From positions 1 through 55,034 of the forward strand of contig JBJTQJ010000043.1 in NCBI GenBank assembly GCA_046075565.1: a stretch of 55,034 nt of DNA, in the 5' to 3' direction. The notes under the pieces were generated by a model. It saw only the letters and a list, made by a program, of their open reading frames with translations, ran no database searches and was not told where the DNA came from. A program made the position numbers and the translations under genes. Within the stretch, counting starts at the first letter, position 1, and each line of letters begins with the position of its first letter. Of the stretch, positions 1 to 9,242 are shown in pieces. This DNA comes from Verrucomicrobiales bacterium (GTDB taxonomy: Bacteria > Verrucomicrobiota > Verrucomicrobiia > Verrucomicrobiales > SLCJ01).

Positions 1-3
1 TCC

Positions 4-34
4 AACCCCGCCGGGCGAACCCGGCGGGGTTTTT
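4..34 (+). terminator. Intrinsic terminator of a gene upstream of the window
   Basis: Perfect stem AACCCCGCCGGG-cgaa-CCCGGCGGGGTT running into a T tract. Confidence 0.8.
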
Positions 35-72
35 GTTTCCAGGGCAAGAGCGGGACGCTCTAGCTGCTTGGC

Positions 73-210
73 GGCACCGCTTCCGGTGCCTGTATTGGGT
101 GACATGCCATGTCTTCTTGGGCATCGGCGTCCCTCCCCGACGGAACGCGAAGGCGTTCCGCTACATCTCGCACGCGAGTCTCCGTCGTAGCGGCACCGCT
201 TCCGGTGCCG
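73..210. repeat. Cluster of GTAG-type REP palindromes
   Basis: GGCACCG-CTTC-CGGTGCC at 73-90 and 187-210 (the latter preceded by GTAGC); GTAG-CGGAACGC-CTTC-GCGTTCCG on the minus strand at 141-164. Confidence 0.7.
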
Positions 211-429
211 TTGGTGGCTGAACAATGATACGGTCATGATTTATTTGTTCCACACGACTAACAAAATAGATGTAACAGGATTCATGCTGTGCATTTTGGT
301 GGATGTTGAAAAATCCTGATGGTCCACAGATGCGTGTGACATGAATGAGTTCCCCGCCTCAGGGAACGCGAGCCACGCAAGCTCCCTCTTGCGACCGCGC
401 ATGGTTGGGTGGAAATTATCCACCTAACT

Positions 430-1005
430 ATGAAACCGGATCCCCGCCGCGAGAGCAACCGCCGACGTCCCAACACGCACGCCAACCTTCTCGCGCCGGT
501 TCCCCGGCTTGAAGAAGAGGACGTGCTGGAGCTTGTCCGCGGACGCAAGGATGCGTTCCTGCTCGTGTTGGACGGTGTGCAGGATCCGCACAATCTCGGG
601 GCTTGTCTCCGCACCGCCAATGCCGCCGGGGTGCAGGCCGTCATCGCGCCCAAGGATCGCGCGGTCGCCCTTACCGAAACCGCCCGCCAGGTTGCCTGCG
701 GCGCCGCCGAAATCACGCCCTTTGTGCAGGTGACCAATCTCGCCCGGTTTCTCTCGCGTTTGCAAGAGGCCGGCCTCTGGCTGGTCGGCACCGCCGATGA
801 GGCCACCCAATCCATTTACCAGACGGATCTGAAAGGACCGATCGCCATTGTCATGGGGGCGGAAGGCAAAGGCATCCGTCGTCTGACTGCGGAGGGATGT
901 GATTTTCTCGTCCGCGTTCCGATGCGCGGGCAAGTGGATTGCCTAAATGTTTCCGTGGCCACCGGCGTCTGTCTTTTCGAGGCGCTGCGCCAGCGATTGG
1001 TCTGA
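430..1005 (+). CDS. rlmB: TrmH/SpoU-family RNA 2'-O-methyltransferase, RlmB-like, catalytic domain only
   Basis: Motifs [36 protein letters not shown] at 430 chosen over the upstream GTG. Confidence 0.85.
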   Translation: MKPDPRRESNRRRPNTHANLLAPVPRLEEEDVLELVRGRKDAFLLVLDGVQDPHNLGACLRTANAAGVQAVIAPKDRAVALTETARQVACGAAEITPFVQVTNLARFLSRLQEAGLWLVGTADEATQSIYQTDLKGPIAIVMGAEGKGIRRLTAEGCDFLVRVPMRGQVDCLNVSVATGVCLFEALRQRLV

Positions 1006-1006
1006 G

Positions 1007-2143
1007 TCACTCCCCGCACCAAGCCAACCATCCGCCGCGGAGGTGGCGCACGCCCGGGATACCCGCTTCGTTCAGGAGTAGCACGCCTTTGGCGCTGCGT
1101 TTGCCCCCTTGGCAATGCAGGATGATTTCCCTGCCGGTTTCCGACATCTCGCGCAGGGCCTCGCAAGCTTCGGCAAGCCGACCGAGGGGAATAAGCCGGC
1201 TTCCGCCGATGTGACCCGCCTCGTGCTCCGAGGGTTCGCGCAGATCAATGAGCAACCCATTCCATCCGGTGTCCAACAGGGCCCGCAGTTCCGTGCAGGA
1301 GATTTCCGGCACTTCTTTCTCATCCCCACTCGCGCGGTTTCCCAGTGCACAACCGCAGGCTGGATCCACGTCGGTGAGGGAGCGAATCGTCGGGTTTGCT
1401 CCGCACAACGCGCAGGAAGGATCCTTGCGCAACTTGATTTCCCGGGTCCTGCCAGCGAGAGCATCATAATGGAGCACGCGTCCGGTTAGAGGATTGCCGA
1501 TTCCGAGCAGAAGCTTGAGGGCTTCCATGGCTTGCAAACTGCCGAGAATGCCGGGCAAAGCGCCGAGCACGCCTGCCTCCGCACAGGTTGGCACGGCCCC
1601 GGCCGCGGGAGAGATGGGCAGCAAACACCGGTAACAAGGACCACCCGAGGCCGGATGGAACACCGAGACCTGCCCGGCGAAACGAAGGATCGATGCGTGC
1701 ACAACCGGTTTGCCCAGGAAAAATCCGGTGTCGTTGCAGAGGTAACGGGCGGGGAAGTTGTCGGCCCCGTCGAGAATCACATCGTATTTTTCCGCGATGG
1801 CGAGGGCATTTGAGGCATCCAGCCAGGTCTCGTGGGTTTCGATTTCCAGATGCGGATTCAGGTCGCGCAGGCGAGCAGCGGCGGCGGCGAGTTTGGGCTG
1901 GCCGACATTCGATTCCCCGTAGAGCACCTGACGCTGGAGATTCGAGCGGTCCACGGTATCGGCATCCACCAGACCGATGCGCCCGACGCCGGCGGCCGCG
2001 AGATAAAGGGACGATGCCGAACCCAAGGCCCCGGCACCCACCACCAGCACGGAGCCGGATTTCAAGCGTTCCTGGCCCTCCTTTCCCACTCCCGGCAGGG
2101 CAATCTGGCGGCTGTAGCGCGCGGCTTCTCTGGCATCCATCAT
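1007..2143 (-). CDS. moeB: MoeB/ThiF adenylyltransferase with C-terminal rhodanese domain (MoeZ/UBA4-like)
   Basis: RYSRQI, VGAGALGS, SNLQRQ, CYRC and CALC Zn motifs, rhodanese HCQGGKRS; start at MMDARE. Confidence 0.9.
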   Translation of the reverse strand: MMDAREAARYSRQIALPGVGKEGQERLKSGSVLVVGAGALGSASSLYLAAAGVGRIGLVDADTVDRSNLQRQVLYGESNVGQPKLAAAAARLRDLNPHLEIETHETWLDASNALAIAEKYDVILDGADNFPARYLCNDTGFFLGKPVVHASILRFAGQVSVFHPASGGPCYRCLLPISPAAGAVPTCAEAGVLGALPGILGSLQAMEALKLLLGIGNPLTGRVLHYDALAGRTREIKLRKDPSCALCGANPTIRSLTDVDPACGCALGNRASGDEKEVPEISCTELRALLDTGWNGLLIDLREPSEHEAGHIGGSRLIPLGRLAEACEALREMSETGREIILHCQGGKRSAKGVLLLNEAGIPGVRHLRGGWLAWCGE

Positions 2144-2206
2144 ATTCCCACAATTGACAGCGATTTGCCGAACGCGCAAGCCTGCATCCCGCGTATTAAG
2201 AGCCGT

Positions 2207-3064
2207 ATGAGTGAATCCGACCTTCTCCGCCTCGAACAAGACCCCGGCGTGCCCGCCAATCGGCTGCGCATCGCCCGTTGGGTGGAGTCCGCATCGATCC
2301 AGAAGATTGTCGTCGCGGTCATTCTCGCCAACTCGGTCATTCTCGGACTGGAAACCAATGCCGCCCTGATGGCCACCCACGGTGTCCTCCTGCGGATTCT
2401 CGATAAACTCTGCCTGGTGATCTTTGTCGCGGAACTCGCGATCAAGCTGTTCTGTTACCGCCGCCACTTTTGGAAAAGCGGATGGAATCTCTTCGACTTT
2501 GCCGTCGTGGCCATCGCTCTGGCTCCCGGCGCGGGAACATGGGCCGTGCTACGTTCGTTGCGGGTCTTGCGGGTGCTCCGCCTGCTCACCGTTGTGCCGA
2601 GTTTGCGCAAAGTGGTTGCCGCCTTTATCCATGCCATCCCCGGCTTGTCGGGGGTGATGGCAGTGATGGCCATTTTCTTTTACACTGCCGGGGTGCTTGC
2701 CACGAAATTGTTCGGAGCCGCTTTCCCCGATTGGTTTGGATCTCTCGGAGGCAGTCTTTATAGTTTGTTCCAAATTATGACCCTCGAGAGTTGGTCAATG
2801 GGTATCGTGCGTCCGGTTATGGAAGTCTATCCTTGGGCTTGGGCTTTCTTTGTGCCGTTCATCATCATAGCCACCTTCACCATTCTGAACCTGTTCATCG
2901 GGATCATCGTCTCGACCATGCAGGAGTTGGCAATGAAGGAGAATGCGGCCGAGCCGGTAATCCCTGCCGTCCACGAAGAAACGGGTGCCATCCTCGCCCG
3001 CATGGAAACCGACCTCGAAGCCCTTCGTTCGAGACTTTCGAGCAGAGACGCAGTCGGGAGATAA
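2207..3064 (+). CDS. Bacterial voltage-gated sodium channel (BacNav, ion transporter family)
   Basis: 6 TM segments, S4 RSLRVLRVLRLL, pore filter FQIMTLESWSMG, C-terminal coiled coil. Confidence 0.92.
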   Translation: MSESDLLRLEQDPGVPANRLRIARWVESASIQKIVVAVILANSVILGLETNAALMATHGVLLRILDKLCLVIFVAELAIKLFCYRRHFWKSGWNLFDFAVVAIALAPGAGTWAVLRSLRVLRVLRLLTVVPSLRKVVAAFIHAIPGLSGVMAVMAIFFYTAGVLATKLFGAAFPDWFGSLGGSLYSLFQIMTLESWSMGIVRPVMEVYPWAWAFFVPFIIIATFTILNLFIGIIVSTMQELAMKENAAEPVIPAVHEETGAILARMETDLEALRSRLSSRDAVGR

Positions 3065-3127
3065 TCGTCGCCGGTTTCTCGCTGTCGGAGACTGCGCTTG
3101 GGAAGATTGGTCGCGGTGTTCCGTCGA

Positions 3128-4570
3128 CTACGCCAATATCCCTTCCACCACTTTCGCCGGTTCCACGCCGGTCAACCGTTGGTCCAAGCCGCGGAACGGG
3201 AAGACGAGGCGGTTGTGGTCGAGCCCGAGTTGTTGAAGGATGGTTGCGTGGAGGTCGCGCAGGTGCACCGGGTCTTTCGTGATGCTCCAGCAGAAGTCAT
3301 CCGTTTCGCCATGCACATGCCCGCCTTTGATGCCGGCGCCGGCCATCCAGATGGAGAAACAACGCCCATGGTGATCGCGCCCGGCGATTGCGCTGTTGGG
3401 ATCCCCTTGCGAATAAATCGTGCGCCCGAATTCCCCGCCCCAAACGACGAGGGTATCATCGAGCAGTCCGCGTTGTTTCAGATCCATGATGAGAGCGGCA
3501 CTCGGTTGATCGGTGTCGCGGCACTGGGCGGGCAATTGCCGCGAAAGGGCGATGTGCTGGTCCCAGCCGCGATGGAAAAGCTGGATGAAACGCACGCCCC
3601 GTTCAGCGAGTCGGCGGGCGAGCAAGCAGTTGGCGGCATAGGTGCCGGGCTTGCGTGATTCCGGTCCGTAGAGTTCGAACATGGAAGCCGGTTCCTTCGA
3701 CAAATCGGTCAACTCGGGCACGGAGGCCTGCATGCGGAAAGCCATCTCGTAGGCATGGACGCGGGCGAGAGTTTCCGGGTCACCGGTTTGGGCGGCGAAG
3801 CGTTGATTGAGTGCGGACAGATCGTCCAGCAATTCCCGGCGCTGCCCCCGCTTCACGCCTTTCGGGTTGTCGAGATAAAGCACCGGATCCGCTCCCGCCT
3901 GCAAGAGCACGCCCTGGTGTTGCGAGGGCAGATAGCCCGTGCCCCAAAGGCGGGAGAAAATCGGCTGATCCGGATTCTTGCCCGTGCCTTGGGAAACGAG
4001 CACCATGAAGGCGGGCAGGTTCTGGTTGTCGTTGCCGAGTCCGTAACTGACCCATGCGCCCATCGAGGCATGACCTAGCTGCATCGAGCCCGTGTTGGCC
4101 AAAGTGATGGCGGGGTCATGGTTGATAGCCTCGGTGTGCATCGAGCGGATGACGCAGATGTCGCCCGCGATATTCTGAGTCCAGGGAAGCAGATCGCTAA
4201 TCCATGTGCCGGAGGGGCCGCAGAGTTTGCCCGATTGCAAGGGACGAACGACGGGAAATTTTGATTGGCCGGACGTCATGCCGGTGACGCGCTGGCCGGC
4301 ACGGACCGAGTCCGGCAACTCCGTGCCATGGAGTTTATCAAGCACCGGTTTTCCGTCGAAAAGATCGACATGCGATGGTCCGCCAGATTGGAACAAGAAA
4401 ATCACACGTTTGGCTTTGGGGGCGAAACGCCGGAATGGTGCGATGGAAACCGCATCGCCGCGGGCGGCCCGGGCGGCAGATTGCATGAGCAACGATGACA
4501 ACGCGATGTGGCCGAGACCAGTGGCGGCTTTGCCAAGGAAGGCACGACGGTTGAGATGAATCGGGAGCAT
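3128..4570 (-). CDS. DUF1501 domain sulfatase-like protein with Tat-like leader
   Basis: NRRAFL leader, AKRVIFLFQSGGPSHVDLFD, GWDQH, WGGEFGRT, GRDHH. Confidence 0.9.
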   Translation of the reverse strand: MLPIHLNRRAFLGKAATGLGHIALSSLLMQSAARAARGDAVSIAPFRRFAPKAKRVIFLFQSGGPSHVDLFDGKPVLDKLHGTELPDSVRAGQRVTGMTSGQSKFPVVRPLQSGKLCGPSGTWISDLLPWTQNIAGDICVIRSMHTEAINHDPAITLANTGSMQLGHASMGAWVSYGLGNDNQNLPAFMVLVSQGTGKNPDQPIFSRLWGTGYLPSQHQGVLLQAGADPVLYLDNPKGVKRGQRRELLDDLSALNQRFAAQTGDPETLARVHAYEMAFRMQASVPELTDLSKEPASMFELYGPESRKPGTYAANCLLARRLAERGVRFIQLFHRGWDQHIALSRQLPAQCRDTDQPSAALIMDLKQRGLLDDTLVVWGGEFGRTIYSQGDPNSAIAGRDHHGRCFSIWMAGAGIKGGHVHGETDDFCWSITKDPVHLRDLHATILQQLGLDHNRLVFPFRGLDQRLTGVEPAKVVEGILA

Positions 4571-4605
4571 GGTCGTCGAAGGATTTACCGTGGGAAGGAG
4601 AATAG

Positions 4606-4746
4606 AACCACGAATTGGCACGAATGGGCACGAATCCTCAACGGAATGTGGATTTTTCCCAATTCCTCCAGTGGGTGAGTGAAGTTCGTTTCATAAACAT
4701 CCGTTTTTCTGTTCTTTATTCGTGGCAATTCGTGTCCATTTGTGGT
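4606..4746. repeat. Inverted-repeat element built from 10-bp-period CACGAAT units (MITE/REP-like)
   Basis: AACCACGAATTGGCACGAATGGGCACGAAT at 4606-4635 and inverted ATTCGTGGCAATTCGTGTCCATTTGTGGT at 4718-4746, around an AT-rich spacer. Confidence 0.7.
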
Positions 4747-4755
4747 GTTTTTGGT

Positions 4756-7700
4756 TTACCGGCGAGTAACGGTTTCGGAAAGATTGTGGATCAAACTGGT
4801 GATCTGCATCCAGGCGGCCAGTTCGGCAGGCGATAGATCATCGGGAACACGGGACTCGCCGATGGCAAGCACGGCCGCGGCGGCGTTTGGTTCGGACTCG
4901 TAACGCGCGCGTTCGCGGAGCAGAGCCTTTGTTAGGGTTTCCGCTTCCTGTGCTTCGGGTGGACGCCCGGTCGTCTCCGTGAACAACCGTGCAAGCCTTG
5001 ATGCGTCGTCGGGGAGACTCGCCCGCAGGATTTTGGAGGCATGGGCGCGGGCCGCTTCGACAAACTGCGGATCATTGAGAAGCACGAGGGCTTGCAGCGG
5101 GGTGTTGGTGGTTGTTCTGCCGATGGTGCAGACCTCGCGGTTTGGCGCGTCGAAGACGGCGAGGTTGACCGGTGGCAATGTGCGTTTCCAATACGTGTAG
5201 AGTGATCTCCGATACAGTTTTTCCCCATGGTCTTGAACGAAGGTCTGGGAAGTGGCCGGGCTGGAGCCGTAGTGGGAAATCTGCCGCCAGAGGTCACCGG
5301 GCTGGTAAGGTCGCACGCTCGGTCCGCCCAGTCGTTCGACCAAAAGACCCGACACCGAGAGCGCCTGATCGCGCACTTGTTCCGCACCGAGGCGCCAGCG
5401 GGGCGCGCGTGCCAGCAACTCATTGAGTGGATCGCGTTCCAGCATTTCCGGCGTGGAATCTGATGATTGCCTGTAGGTGCGCGAGGTGACCATCAATCGG
5501 ATCAAGGCTTTCACATCCCAACCCGTGGTGGAGAAATGCACGGCCAACCAGTCGAGCAATTCCGGATGGCTCGGCCACGGTGATTGGGAGCCGAAGTCAG
5601 CCGATGAGGCGGATAATCCGCGACCAAAGACGGTTTCCCAGTAACGATTCACCGCTACCCGCGCGACGAGCGGATGATCGGGCCGGGTCATCCAACGGGC
5701 GAGGTCGAGGCGATTGAGATCGCGGCCTTCCGGGGCGACCATGGGGGGCAGGATGGCCGGGGTGCCTGGTTTGACTTCTTCCAATGGCGACGAATAGACA
5801 CCGCGATCCAGCACATGGGTCTTGCGGGGTTTCGCGGAAGTATTCATCACCATGACGGAGTGTTTGCCCGTCAGCACGGAAAGTCTTTCCTCGAGATTGG
5901 CAATCTGGTGGCGGACCCGGGATTTCGCCGCGCAATTGGCGTGGAAATAGCTCTGGAGAGACGCAGCTTGTTCCGGCGAACGTTGGGAGGCTTCTGTTAG
6001 AAGAATGGAGCTTATGTCTTCCGGGTGCGGCGAGCCGTCATCGTTGCCGGTGAAGGCGAAAAGTTGGAACCGACCCGGTGAGCAGTTGTTGCCGTAATTG
6101 AAAAGCAGCTCGGCGGTGAGATATGGCGCGGCCTTCGGATCAGTCGGTTCGGCAAAGGTCACCGTGATATGTTGTGGGCCCGCCGCGCCGGTCGGTGGCG
6201 CCCATCCATTGGTGGGCGTGGTATCGAGGATGCGGGTGGCGGCATATCCGGGTTGAGCCCCGGTGGCGGAGATGCGCGAGAACGGCAGCATCGCGTTCAG
6301 GTCAACGTTTGCGGCGGGGAATGATGAGGTCGAGACCGTGAGGGTGCTCATCACAAAGTTCTTTTCCAGGCCCTTTGCGCTGCCGTAGCCGAGTTGGTTG
6401 TTTTTTCCGCCCTGGAAGACTACCCGGAGTCCGCGAATGGGTCCGGCGTCACGCGGCAGTTCGCAGAGCACGTTGTAGGCGGAGTAGTCCCCGCTGTTGA
6501 TCGAGACCGAACCATCCGGCTCGATAACAATCCGATCCGGATTGCCATTGGGAGCGGTGGCGCTGGCCGCCTTGAGCGCGTGCAAGCGGAGGTCTCTTCC
6601 TCGTGCGGAAAGATCTTCCCTTTGTTCAGCTTCCCATGCGGCTTGGGCCTCGGGTAGGGGAAGGGCGAACTCTTCTTTCAATTTGGCGAGATCCGCCTGA
6701 ACGTGGCCGATTTCTTCCGGCGTGGAAAGACAGGAGCTTGCTTGGATCGAAGGTCGCGGGTTGACGCCAGCGTTCCCGTCCAATCCGATGTCATCGGCGG
6801 TGTTGAAAAACGCGAAGAACTGGTAATACTCACGGATGGAAATAGGATCGTATTTATGATCGTGGCACTGCGCGCAGGCCATGGTCAGGCCCATGAAGGT
6901 CTCCGACGTTGTCTTGACCCGATCGGCCACGTAGTTGACGAGATTCTCTTCAGGGATGGTTCCGCCCTCGTGGGTTACGGCGTTGTTGCGATTGAATCCG
7001 GAGGCGACGAGTTGATTTTCGCTGGCATCAGGAAGTAGATCGCCCGCAAGTTGCTCGATGAGAAACTGATCGTAGGGCTTGTTGTCATTGAACGCCTTGA
7101 TCACCCAGTCCCGCCACAGCCATTGGTGGCGTCCGCCGTCGATGGAAAAGCCATTCGTATCGGAATAACGCGCGGCATCGAGCCAGGCCACGGCCATGTG
7201 CTCGCCGAAACGGGGTGAGGATAGCAAGCGCTCCACCTGGCGTTCGTAGGCACCGGATGCGTTGTCCGCGAGAAAGGCTTGGGTTTCTTCCGGTGTCGGG
7301 GGCAATCCGGTCAAATCGAGGGACAATCTCCGCAACAGGGTCGCGCGGCCGGCCTCTGGTGAAAATGTCATCCGTTCACTTTCCAACCGCGCGCCGACGA
7401 ACCGGTCGATGGGATTTTCGCCTGCTTCAGCAATCGCCGGCACCGGCGGGGCGACGGGAGCTTGGAATGCCCAGTGGCCTTGATATTCGCCGCCTTCGGC
7501 AATCCAGCGCGTGAGCAGCTCTTTTTCCTCGGGTTTGAGTTCCAGATGCGACTCCGGAGGCGGCATGATCACATCCGGGTCGGAGGACCGGATGCGGGCC
7601 ACAAGCTGGCTTTCTTCAGGTTTGCCGGGAACGATGGCGGGTTTGTCGGATTCTCCACCCTTGAGGGCGAACTCCACCTGATCGAGCCGGAGTTTCGCTT

Positions 7701-7845
7701 TCTGCCCGTGGGCGGCGTCCGGTCCGTGGCACGCGAAACAATTCTTCGAGAGAATAGGCCGGATGTCGCGGTTGAAGACGACCGGTTCTCCCGCCATCAG
7801 GAGGGAAGGTAGGAAGAACGGAAGGAGCCAGAGTCGCAAGCGCAT
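4756..7845 (-). CDS. Planctomycete cytochrome c plus DUF1549/DUF1553 (PSD1) protein
   Basis: Signal peptide, FNRDIRPILSKNCFACHGPD, WLDAARYSD, CAQCHDHKYDP, PSHPELLDWLA, YRRSLY, NTPLQAL. Confidence 0.92.
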   Translation of the reverse strand: MRLRLWLLPFFLPSLLMAGEPVVFNRDIRPILSKNCFACHGPDAAHGQKAKLRLDQVEFALKGGESDKPAIVPGKPEESQLVARIRSSDPDVIMPPPESHLELKPEEKELLTRWIAEGGEYQGHWAFQAPVAPPVPAIAEAGENPIDRFVGARLESERMTFSPEAGRATLLRRLSLDLTGLPPTPEETQAFLADNASGAYERQVERLLSSPRFGEHMAVAWLDAARYSDTNGFSIDGGRHQWLWRDWVIKAFNDNKPYDQFLIEQLAGDLLPDASENQLVASGFNRNNAVTHEGGTIPEENLVNYVADRVKTTSETFMGLTMACAQCHDHKYDPISIREYYQFFAFFNTADDIGLDGNAGVNPRPSIQASSCLSTPEEIGHVQADLAKLKEEFALPLPEAQAAWEAEQREDLSARGRDLRLHALKAASATAPNGNPDRIVIEPDGSVSINSGDYSAYNVLCELPRDAGPIRGLRVVFQGGKNNQLGYGSAKGLEKNFVMSTLTVSTSSFPAANVDLNAMLPFSRISATGAQPGYAATRILDTTPTNGWAPPTGAAGPQHITVTFAEPTDPKAAPYLTAELLFNYGNNCSPGRFQLFAFTGNDDGSPHPEDISSILLTEASQRSPEQAASLQSYFHANCAAKSRVRHQIANLEERLSVLTGKHSVMVMNTSAKPRKTHVLDRGVYSSPLEEVKPGTPAILPPMVAPEGRDLNRLDLARWMTRPDHPLVARVAVNRYWETVFGRGLSASSADFGSQSPWPSHPELLDWLAVHFSTTGWDVKALIRLMVTSRTYRQSSDSTPEMLERDPLNELLARAPRWRLGAEQVRDQALSVSGLLVERLGGPSVRPYQPGDLWRQISHYGSSPATSQTFVQDHGEKLYRRSLYTYWKRTLPPVNLAVFDAPNREVCTIGRTTTNTPLQALVLLNDPQFVEAARAHASKILRASLPDDASRLARLFTETTGRPPEAQEAETLTKALLRERARYESEPNAAAAVLAIGESRVPDDLSPAELAAWMQITSLIHNLSETVTRR

Positions 7846-7901
7846 GGAAGGGTGCTTGTGGAAACACGTTACGCGGCGCTTCGCCGTCTTATTTCGACAT
7901 T

Positions 7902-9056
7902 TTACCCCGGCTTTTTGCCGAGGGTGTAGATGAAATGGGGTGCGTAGAGATCGGGTTCGAGCAGGAACGAATCGTGGCCTTTGTCGGAATGGACGGTGAC
8001 GTGCATGTTGGCCACTCCGGCGTGCCGCAGGTGGGAAACGAGCGCGTCCTGTTCTTCGGGGTAAAAACAAAAATCCGAATCGATGGTAAAGACGAGGAAT
8101 TTATGCCCGGCGGCTTTGCAGCGCGCGAAGATTTCGCTCATGTTGGCGGCACCGGTTTCTTTGACCGGATCGAATCCTGACCACAATTCGGTGAATCGGA
8201 GATACGTGTTGGCATCGAATCGCTCCACGAAGGTCTTGCCCTGATGGAGGATGTAGGATTCGACGGGATCCCGCAATTGATACCAGTCGAAATGGTCGCT
8301 CGATTGGATCACGGATCGACGGGCGCGGCGTTCGATCGCATCGAGGTGCACGAAAGTCTTGTGGGAAATCATCCGCGCGAGAGCGAGCCCGAGCGCCGGT
8401 GGTTTGCGATCATAGTAATCGCCACCTTGGAAGTGTGGATCATTTTCGATGGCGAGGATCTGCTCGAACAAAATCAATCGGTTGAGCACGGTTGTCTTCA
8501 CCCCGCTGGCAATCGGGATCACCTGGTGCACGCGCTCGGGATGCCGGGCGGCCAGCGTGAGGGCGAGCAGCCCGCCAATGGACGGGCCGATGACCGCGTG
8601 CAGGCGTTGGATGCCAAAATGATCGAGCAGGGGCAGGAGGGAGTTCACCACATCGGTTGCCGTCAGATGCGGGAAGGATTTTCCGTAGGGTTTGCCGGTC
8701 TTGGGATTGATGCTCGATGGGCCAGTGCTCCCGTAACAACCCCCGAAGGTGTTCGGGCAAATGATGAAAAATTTCTCCGTGTCCAGCGGTTTGCCCGGAC
8801 CAATGAAGTCACTCCACCAGCCGCGGTGCAGTTCCTCGGTCCAGAATTTTTCCACTCCCGGCACGGTGCGCATGGTTCCGGCGGCGTGATGGCTCCCGGA
8901 AAGTGCGTGGAAGAGCAGGATGGCATTCCCGGCATCGGCGTCGAGCTCGCCGTAGGTGGAATAGGCCAGGCGCGCGTCCGGGATGGAATCACCCGAAACA
9001 AATTGAAACGGCCGCCCGGGGGCGGTGAGGGAAAGGAATTGGGTCTCCGACTGCAT
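7902..9056 (-). CDS. metX: Homoserine O-acetyltransferase
   Basis: HALSG, NTFGGCYGSTGP, GPSIGG nucleophile, RFDANTY, GHDSFL. Confidence 0.9.
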   Translation of the reverse strand: MQSETQFLSLTAPGRPFQFVSGDSIPDARLAYSTYGELDADAGNAILLFHALSGSHHAAGTMRTVPGVEKFWTEELHRGWWSDFIGPGKPLDTEKFFIICPNTFGGCYGSTGPSSINPKTGKPYGKSFPHLTATDVVNSLLPLLDHFGIQRLHAVIGPSIGGLLALTLAARHPERVHQVIPIASGVKTTVLNRLILFEQILAIENDPHFQGGDYYDRKPPALGLALARMISHKTFVHLDAIERRARRSVIQSSDHFDWYQLRDPVESYILHQGKTFVERFDANTYLRFTELWSGFDPVKETGAANMSEIFARCKAAGHKFLVFTIDSDFCFYPEEQDALVSHLRHAGVANMHVTVHSDKGHDSFLLEPDLYAPHFIYTLGKKPG

Positions 9057-9242
9057 GCGATTGGCCGCCAGTTTAACCCGGATTTCAATTTCTGCACGGA
9101 TTCTCCCGTGTCGGGCGCCCGGGGAGGGGGGTAGCCGAAAACGGGAAAAATCCATAGGTTGCCGACCCCCGTTGGAAACGCTACTTTCGAAGGCGGTGGG
9201 ACCGTGATTTCCACGCCCGCCGCCGGTGCCTACCCCATTCCG

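Noticed and set aside
221-420. AT-rich stretch with a 60 aa minus-strand ORF (241-423)
   Set aside because: No recognisable protein or RNA motif; it overlaps the likely rlmB promoter
1832-2467. Apparent overlap of moeB and the Nav channel N-termini
   Set aside because: An artefact of longest-ORF calling; the likely starts at 2143 and 2207 do not overlap
9057-9242. Possible SAM riboswitch upstream of metX (GGCAACC present on the minus strand)
   Set aside because: The other SAM-I core elements (AUC..GAG P1, kink-turn, closing GAU) were not found; an Rfam cmscan would settle it
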